From the NCBI GenBank assembly GCA_022562795.1, contig JADFOP010000009.1, positions 1-58,428 of the forward strand: a stretch of DNA of 58,428 nt, written 5' to 3'. This document shows, one piece after another, positions 1 to 6,190 of this stretch. The position numbers were made by a program, and so were the translations under genes. The notes under the pieces are model-generated. The model had not been told where the DNA came from and did no database searches. It was given only the letters and a program-made list of their open reading frames with translations. Position 1 is the stretch's first letter, and every line of letters starts with the position of its first letter. The stretch comes from Nitrospinota bacterium (GTDB taxonomy: Bacteria > JADFOP01).

Positions 1-109
1 AAGCCAGGGCGGCATCGAAGTCCTGGATGGCTCGGTCCAGCAGGCCTTGTTGCAGAAGTAACCGGCCTCGAGTCAAATAGTCAAAGGCCGTGGGCTGTTC
101 GGACGACAT
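1..109 (-). CDS. TPR-like protein, N-terminal part (runs off window edge)
   Basis: Manual translation from ATG at 109: MSSEQPTAFDYLTRGRLLLQQGLLDRAIQDFDAALA, which fits the TPR pattern (Y..RG......G....AI.DF..AL). Confidence 0.6.
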   Translation of the reverse strand, partial: MSSEQPTAFDYLTRGRLLLQQGLLDRAIQDFDAALA

Positions 110-185
110 TCTTCTCTACTCGATCGGCAAATTACGCAAGATGGGCTCCCGAAGCACGCCGGGGACTCTGGACACGAGGGCATAC

Positions 186-1847
186 CTATCCCGGCGAGCC
201 TTCCTGAGCTTTTTCAATCTCGGCCGCCCGAAGCTCCACCCGCCGGATTTTGCCGCTGATGGTCTTGGGCAATTCTGCTACGAACTCGATGGCCCGTGGA
301 TATTTGTAGGGCGCCGTCGCCTGCCGCACGTGGTCCTGGAGGCTGAGAGCCAGCTCATCGGACGCCACGTAGCCCGGGGCCAAAATGACGAAAGCCTTGA
401 CGATATCCCCCCGCACCGGGTCAGGGGAGGCCACCACGGCGGACTCCGCCACCGCCGGATGCTCGATCAAGGCGCTCTCCACCTCGAAGGGGCCGATCCG
501 GTATCCCGAGGAAATGATGACGTCGTCGGCGCGGCCCACGAACCAGAAGTAACCGTCCTCGTCTTTATATGCCTTGTCCCCGGTGAGATACCAATCTCCA
601 TAGAAGGAGGCTTCCATGGCGTCGGGCGCCTTCCAGTACTCCCGGAAAAGCCCCACCGGTCTCTCGGGCTTGACCTTTACAGCGATCTGCCCCTCCTGGT
701 TCTCCGGCAGCTCATTGCCTTCGTCGTCAACGATAGCCACGTTGAACCCCGGCATGGGCTTGCCCATGGACCCCGCCCGCACCGGCAGGCACCGGAAGTT
801 GCCCACCAGCAGCACCGTCTCCGTTTGGCCGTAGCCGTCGTAGATGGTCAGGCCGGTGCCGTCCTCCCAGGTTTTCATCACCTCGGGGTTCAGCGGCTCT
901 CCCGCGCTGGTGCAGTGGCGCAGGTTGCTGAAATCGTACTTGGTCAAGTCCTCCAGCACCAGCATCCGGTAAGCGGTGGGAGGCGCACAAAAGGAAGTGA
1001 CACCGTAGCGTTCGAGAATCTGCAAGGTCAGGGCTGGGTCGAACCGGCCGCGGGCGTCGTGCTGCAACACCGTGGCGCCCTGGGTCCACTGGCCGAAGAG
1101 TTTTCCGTAGGCGGCCTTGGCCCAGCCCGTGTCAGACAGGGTCCACTGCAAGTCGGTGGCGTTGAGGTCCTGCCAGTACTTGGCGGTCAATACGTGGGCC
1201 AAGCCGTATGACGCATGGGTATGCAGCACCATCTTGGGGTAGCCCACGGTGCCCGATGTGAAGTAAATCAGCAAGGGGTCGTCGCTTCGGGTTTTTTCTC
1301 CCTCTTCCAGCCGGGAAGAGGCCCCCGACATCGATTCTTCATAGGAGGTCCAACCTCTCCTCGAGCCGCCTACCAATAGCAATCGCTTGAGGCCCGGGCA
1401 GTTGCCTGCCGCGTCGGCCAACTTGTCCGAGTTTTCCAGGTCGGTGATTGCCAATGTAGCTTCGGCCTCGTTGACCCGGTATTCGATGTCCCGGGCCGTG
1501 CATAGAGTGGTTGCCGGCATGGGCACCGCGCCCAGCTTCATCAGCCCCAGCATCGCCACGTACCATTGGGGTATCCTGGGCAGCATGACGAATGCCCGGT
1601 CTCCTTTGCCGACTCCCAGGCTTTTTAGAACGTTGGCAAAGCGGTCCGACTGGACCTTCAGGTCCCAAAAGGCGTGGTGCTGGGCAATTTCCCCGCTGGG
1701 ATCCAGGGAGATGAGCGCCAGCTTGGTGCGGTCTTCCGCCCACTTGTCCACCACGTCAAAGGCGAAGTTGAAGTACTCCGGCACCTCCAAGGAGCTGTTC
1801 CGGTAGGTCTCCTGGTAGTCCTGCATATTGGGGGACACGTCCCTCAT
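186..1847 (-). CDS. Acyl-CoA synthetase / AMP-binding enzyme (medium-chain/acetate-CoA ligase family)
   Basis: Motifs YFTSGTVGYPK, YGQTET, TGD, GRADDVI, PKTISGKIRR; start set at ATG 1847 after a GGGAGG RBS. Confidence 0.92.
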   Translation of the reverse strand: MRDVSPNMQDYQETYRNSSLEVPEYFNFAFDVVDKWAEDRTKLALISLDPSGEIAQHHAFWDLKVQSDRFANVLKSLGVGKGDRAFVMLPRIPQWYVAMLGLMKLGAVPMPATTLCTARDIEYRVNEAEATLAITDLENSDKLADAAGNCPGLKRLLLVGGSRRGWTSYEESMSGASSRLEEGEKTRSDDPLLIYFTSGTVGYPKMVLHTHASYGLAHVLTAKYWQDLNATDLQWTLSDTGWAKAAYGKLFGQWTQGATVLQHDARGRFDPALTLQILERYGVTSFCAPPTAYRMLVLEDLTKYDFSNLRHCTSAGEPLNPEVMKTWEDGTGLTIYDGYGQTETVLLVGNFRCLPVRAGSMGKPMPGFNVAIVDDEGNELPENQEGQIAVKVKPERPVGLFREYWKAPDAMEASFYGDWYLTGDKAYKDEDGYFWFVGRADDVIISSGYRIGPFEVESALIEHPAVAESAVVASPDPVRGDIVKAFVILAPGYVASDELALSLQDHVRQATAPYKYPRAIEFVAELPKTISGKIRRVELRAAEIEKAQEGSPG

Positions 1848-1988
1848 GGCTGCCTCCCACGCGGGTGTCTGGGAGTAAGGACATTCTACAACCAACCTCG
1901 GTCATGGAAAAGCTGCGCTGGCATTGTGACACCCGACGATTCCAAGACAACGCGTTATATGTGACAATCGGCGCCAACGGAACCGCCC

Positions 1989-2255
1989 ATGAATTACAAC
2001 ATCGAAAAACGGCGCCGCCGTTCGATTCGCCTGCCGGGATACGACTATGCCCAGCCCGGAGGCTATTTCGTGACCATCTGCACCCAGGGTCGAACGTGCC
2101 TCTTGGGGGAAGTGGCTGACGGAAAGGTGCATCTGAACGATGCCGGTCGGATAGTGGATGGCTGGTGGCTAGAGTTGGCTGGGAAGTTCTCGTCAGTACA
2201 GATGGACATCTACGTCGTAATGCCGAATCACTTCCACGGCATCCTCAACATCGTC
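1989..2255 (+). mobile_element. Truncated REP-associated tyrosine transposase (RAYT / IS200-like Y1 HUH), N-terminal half
   Basis: RRSIRLPGYDY..PGGYFVTICT and VVMPNHFHGIL (HUH motif) are typical of this family; the C-terminal part with the catalytic Tyr is absent. Confidence 0.85.
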
Positions 2256-2648
2256 GAGGCTCATTTTCAGAGAAACTACAACTCCGCCTCAGGCGGATTG
2301 ACTGGGGCGAGCCAAGAGGCCTTCTTAGGCCTGGCCAGGAAGGAGGACTCTGCGTCCAAGGCGAGCTACGGCTCGCGGCCGGCATCCTTCAATCTAGAAT
2401 TTGTACGAGTCCAAACACATGCTGACTCTGTCAGCCAGAGGCTCCTGGATAAGCTGAGGGAGCCGCGCTGGCTTGCCAGGGTGCCTTTGGCCTGGACCAA
2501 GGCGACCCCCCTGGAACGGGGAGATTTAATCGACCTCAACATAGCCCTCTTCTCCACCATGGGGACTCGCCCGAAATTCAAGGTCGTCAACATCTCCAGG
2601 AGCTTCCAGGAGGAGGCCTGGGATGTGGAGGCGGTCGAGGTGAATTGA
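2256..2648 (+). CDS. C-terminal fragment of a phage tail/baseplate-like protein, in frame with the RAYT fragment
   Basis: D.AS.ASYG.R...F....VR...A..V...LL....EPR...LERGDLI.L pattern resembles phage tail-tip/hub C-termini; lies upstream of other tail-like genes. Confidence 0.5.
   Translation, partial: EAHFQRNYNSASGGLTGASQEAFLGLARKEDSASKASYGSRPASFNLEFVRVQTHADSVSQRLLDKLREPRWLARVPLAWTKATPLERGDLIDLNIALFSTMGTRPKFKVVNISRSFQEEAWDVEAVEVN
2283..2297. repeat. Short palindromic repeat TCCGCCT-C-AGGCGGA (in-frame, encodes SASGG)
   Basis: Perfect 7-bp arms; same family as copies at 2679, 2734 and 2778. Confidence 0.8.
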
Positions 2649-2678
2649 TGGATTGGATGGGCAACAGACCATGTAGCG

Positions 2679-2695
2679 ATCCGCCTCAGGCGGAT
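2679..2695. repeat. Short palindromic repeat ATCCGCCT-C-AGGCGGAT
   Basis: Perfect 8-bp arms; GTAG at 2673-2676 just upstream. Confidence 0.85.
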
Positions 2696-2709
2696 GGCTG
2701 TCCGTAAAT

Positions 2710-2803
2710 AAGGAGGATTAACCCATGGCAATTGTCCGCCTAAGGCGGACCTAAGGCGGAACCTGAAACTCTACGCCATCCGCCTCGAGCGGAGAGGACG
2801 ACA
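2710..2803 (+). pseudogene. Degenerate tandem duplicate of the RBS and 5' end of the 2819 gene, interrupted by palindromes
   Basis: Shares AAGGAGGA.TAACCCATGGC.AT.G, ACCTGAAA.TCTACGC and GAGGACGACA with 2804-2879; intervening parts are palindrome copies (2734-2760, 2778-2793). Confidence 0.8.
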
Positions 2804-2818
2804 AAGGAGGAGTAACCC

Positions 2819-3568
2819 ATGGCGATAGCGGCATCGGACCTGAAATTCTACGCAGCAGCAAATATGCCCGAGGACGACACGTCCACCGTCGGGGGCGCGA
2901 TAGACGCGCTCCGCCAAGTCATCTTCACCCAGCTCGCCGCCAACGACGACATCGAGGTCGTCTCCAGCTCCGCCTCGGACACGACCCAGGTGGTGACCGT
3001 CTACGGAAGGGATGCGGGCGGCGCCTACGTCTCGGCCACCGCGACCCTGAACGGCACGACCGCCGTTGTGCTGAGCCCGGCGACGACTTTCGAGCGGGTG
3101 CTCCGGGTCGAGATGAGCGCGACCGCCGTCGGGACCGTCACCGTCCGAAGAAGCCCCGGCGGGGCCACCATCTACACCATCCCCATCGGCGAGCGGGGAG
3201 TCTGGTCCCTATTCTCCAAGTCGGCGAGCGACCCGTCGGCCACCAAGACCCGCTACATGAAGGTGTTCTGTAAGAACACTCATGGGAGCCTAACGCTAAC
3301 CGCTGCGAAAATTGATCTCACCGCCGACCCCGACAGCCGCATCAAGTTCGGCCTGGCGGCGACGAAGGACGACTCGGCCACGGCGGCGAACAGGCTAACG
3401 GCCCCGGGCGGCGTCACCTTCTTCGACGACAACAACGCTCAAAACGTGCCGGGGACAACGCTGGAAGCGGCCGCAGCCATCGGCATCTGGGCGGAGCAGG
3501 CCCTTACAACGGGCGACGCGCCCCACAGAACCACCTTCACCCTCAAGGCCTCAGGGGAGTCGGTTTAA
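2819..3568 (+). CDS. Hypothetical phage-like structural protein (Thr/Ala-rich, beta-rich)
   Basis: 249-aa ORF with strong GGAGG RBS and GC-rich codons; N-terminus MAIAASDLKFY resembles virion/tail proteins. Confidence 0.6.
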   Translation: MAIAASDLKFYAAANMPEDDTSTVGGAIDALRQVIFTQLAANDDIEVVSSSASDTTQVVTVYGRDAGGAYVSATATLNGTTAVVLSPATTFERVLRVEMSATAVGTVTVRRSPGGATIYTIPIGERGVWSLFSKSASDPSATKTRYMKVFCKNTHGSLTLTAAKIDLTADPDSRIKFGLAATKDDSATAANRLTAPGGVTFFDDNNAQNVPGTTLEAAAAIGIWAEQALTTGDAPHRTTFTLKASGESV

Positions 3569-3597
3569 TGGGGATGTCGACGCGGGCCATTTTTTAT

Positions 3598-3688
3598 GTA
3601 GGGACAGGGCTCGTCCCTGTCCGTGGACCGAGGGCGCTAAAGGCCGGACACCCACAAGGCCGACCAAGGGTCGCTTGCAACTCCCTAC
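3598..3688. repeat. REP doublet (REPIN-like): GTAG-hairpin ... inverted partial REP ending in CCCTAC
   Basis: GTAG at 3598 followed by GGACAGGG-CTCGT-CCCTGTCC (8-bp stem); GGACACCCACAAGG from 3646; CCCTAC at 3683-3688. Confidence 0.7.
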
Positions 3689-3714
3689 AGTAAGGCGGGG
3701 GAGCGGATTCACTA

Positions 3715-4119
3715 ATGCCTATTCCTTCGGGGCTGAAAGCCAAGATTGACGGGCGGTTGAGCCTTATGCTCACGCACCTTGAGGCGCGTCAGGAGGCTTA
3801 TATCGCCGCGCACGGTCGTTATTTCCAAGGCATTAGAACCCACGCCGTCTTGCCCAAGGGTGAAATTGATGAGGAGACGCCGCCCAATTCAAGGGTGAAA
3901 CCCACCGACCAGGCCGAGGATTGGGACGATGTGGGAATTCTGTTGCCTGCCAAGATGCCCTTCGCCCTCGCCATAGATGTTTACGATGGGCCGAGAGGCG
4001 TTGGCTGGTCTATTAGGGTCGAGATCGAGCACCTCGGCCGCGCTTTCGCTAGGCAGATAGGCTTCGGCCCCGACGCGGCGGGTTATACCTACAGCTGGCA
4101 GGACATGACAGATGATTAG
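3715..4119 (+). CDS. Hypothetical protein, phage-associated context
   Basis: 134-aa ORF tightly packed with neighbours; no known motif recognised. Confidence 0.6.
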   Translation: MPIPSGLKAKIDGRLSLMLTHLEARQEAYIAAHGRYFQGIRTHAVLPKGEIDEETPPNSRVKPTDQAEDWDDVGILLPAKMPFALAIDVYDGPRGVGWSIRVEIEHLGRAFARQIGFGPDAAGYTYSWQDMTDD

Positions 4120-4130
4120 GAGACGGCCTA

Positions 4131-5851
4131 ATGGCCATTGATGACCTAACAAACCTCATCTCTCATTGGCCCCTCAACGAGGTGAGCGGCACCCGCGTAG
4201 ATAGCCACGGCTCGAATGACCTAGATGATGTCAACACCGTAACACAGGCCGCTGGAAAGATAGGTAATGCGGCTGAGTTTGTCAATGATAATGACGAACG
4301 TCTTAGGCACGATGATAATGCCGATTTGTCTGGCGCAGATGTCGATTGGACTTTTGCAATTTGGCTTTATTTTGACTCCAAAACAGCGAGGTGGCCCGCC
4401 ATTGGTAAATATCTTTCGACGGGAAACAACCGAGAATATAGGATTCGTTATCTTACCGCGACGGATAGATTGTCATGGGAGGTATCCTCTGATGGAACAT
4501 CAGGCACGGTTACCATTGTTGAAGCCGACAATTTTGGGAGCCCTCCACTTAACACATGGATATTCGTTGTTGTCTGGCATGACGCAACCGCAAACGAGAT
4601 AGGGATACAAGTTAACAATGGAACCCCTGATACGGCTGCGCATACCGGGGGCATACACAATGGTACTGCCAAGTTTGCGATAGGCACAAGCCATGGAAAC
4701 TCCGGCGGGGACAGTTGGGATGGCCGTCTTGACTCAGCGAGCTTATGGAAGGGTCGCCTCTTGACCTCAGCAGAGCGAACCGCCCTCTGGAACGGCGGGG
4801 CGGGGCTGGATTATCCTTTTACGACCACGACCCCGTCTCCAACTCGGTCCTCGTCCCCTACGAAGTTCTCGCAGGCCTGGCCGAGAGCCCGGTCATTTTC
4901 CACGAGGCCATGGCGGGCTTCTCCGCCGCCGCCGCCTCCCCTTATGAAGGTATCTTTGGATTGGCCCGATCCGCCGTCGTGCCGATGGAGGCCAAAAATG
5001 GTTTGGCCCAACCCGTCTCCGTTCCGATGGAATCCTTGGAGGGGGTCAATCAGCCTGGGAACGTCGCCTTTGAATCCCTTAAGGCGGCCGACAGCTCAGC
5101 CCCCCACTCATATGAATCGCTCTTCGCTCTCTCCGCCTCCGCCCCGCCCCCATATGAGTCCCTCCTCGGTCTCGCTGCCGCCGGCCTCATGCCTTACGAG
5201 GCCCATGGGACGGTGGCTCAAGCCGTCCAGGCATTCTGGGAAGCCATTGGCCAGGTCTCCTCGATCAAGGTCATCCCGTGGGAGTCAACTTCCGGCCTGG
5301 TCGCTGCTGCCATCGTCCCCTGGGAAGCGCCGGCAGGCGTCGCCGCAGTTGGGATAATTTCCTGGGAGGCTCTTGCCCGCCTCACAGCCGATGGAGCGGT
5401 CTCCTGGGAGACTCTCCAATCTGTTCTGACGTCGGGCCTTGTCCCCTGGGAAGGTCTCGTCGTCGTCGTCAAGGCCGACTCGCCCGCCTACGAGGCCATG
5501 GCGGGCCTTACCTCTACCGGGGGGATCCCCTGGGAGGCTCTTGCCCGCCTCGCAGCCGATGGGGCGGCCTTCTGGGAGGCTCTCGTGCCGGTTATGACGT
5601 CGACCCTTGTCCCCTGGGAAGGTCTCGTCGTCGCCGTCAATGCCAGCTCGCCCGCCTACGAGGCCATGGCGGGCCTTACTTCTCCGGGGGCGGTCCCCTG
5701 GGAGGCTCTTGCTATAGGCGAGCGGCCGATAATCTCTCAAACGCTTCGTCTCATCGTCCTCGTGTCAGATTCGTTGAGCGTCGCCGAGGCGGTCTCACGT
5801 GACCTCGAGGTGACCCAAGCGGTCTCGGGGAACATGGAGATTCCATCATGA
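4131..5851 (+). CDS. LamG/concanavalin-A-like domain plus 14-aa repeat stalk protein, split by a -1 frameshift near 4817-4834
   Basis: LamG-like motifs (LISHWPLNE.SG, GKIGNA..F, WTFAIW, NTW.FVV, WDG.LD...LW...LT..E...LWN) in the frame of 4131; W/Y-E periodic repeats in the frame of 4745; one extra base would fuse them into 573 aa. Confidence 0.75.
5361..5712 (+). repeat. 168-bp tandem duplication (56 aa, four 14-aa units) inside the stalk region
   Basis: CCTGGGAGGCTCTTGC at 5361, 5529 and 5697, spaced exactly 168 bp, with similar sequence between. Confidence 0.9.
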
Positions 5852-6177
5852 GCCCATCCCAAGCAATTGTGTTAGGAGATATTGGAGTCGAGATCGGAGG
5901 GCCCGTCGAGTGGCATACCCGAAGTGGGGTCGAAAAGCGGGACCTCAACATCTACACGGTGACCATCGAGTACCAGAAGCCCGCCGACCAGGCGGCCGGG
6001 ACGGTCCGTGAGTGGACCGTGAACCTCATCACCGGCTCCTCTAACCACGAGGCCTACCACATCACCGCTTCCGGCGATATCGACGCGAAGCAACGCTGGC
6101 GATACCGGGTCAGGGTCCGGTTCGGCGCCACCCTCGATCTGCGCTCCCCCTGGCGAAGCTTCGAGGTGATTGATTAG
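5848..6177 (+). CDS. Small phage tail/baseplate-associated protein (BppU-N-like)
   Basis: GDIG ... I.Y.KP....EW ... Y.T..GDID...W...V.V pattern; ATGA overlap with upstream gene. Confidence 0.5.
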   Translation: MSPSQAIVLGDIGVEIGGPVEWHTRSGVEKRDLNIYTVTIEYQKPADQAAGTVREWTVNLITGSSNHEAYHITASGDIDAKQRWRYRVRVRFGATLDLRSPWRSFEVID

Positions 6178-6190
6178 GTGGGCGGGTTAG

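Noticed and set aside
90-1211. 373-aa plus-strand ORF and similar long antisense or alternate-frame ORFs across the window
   Set aside because: Shadow ORFs of well-supported genes in high-GC DNA, with no recognisable motifs.
2262-2279. FQRNY as a remnant of the RAYT WQRNY motif
   Set aside because: The following YEH.IR and catalytic Tyr region is missing, and the downstream sequence fits a tail-like protein; treated as probable coincidence.
2679-2793. Possible mini-CRISPR array from the repeated palindromes
   Set aside because: Repeats are only 15-17 bp, spacing is irregular, the intervening DNA is a duplicated gene start, and no cas genes are present.
4835-5357. Pro/Ser/Arg-rich C-terminus of ORF 4131-5357 as real protein
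   Set aside because: Off-frame reading of the repeat stalk; the -1 frame has regular periodicity and typical codon use.
5361-5712. Possible DGR template/variable repeat pair
   Set aside because: Copies are tandem and in frame within one gene, differences are not limited to adenines, and there is no reverse transcriptase in the window.
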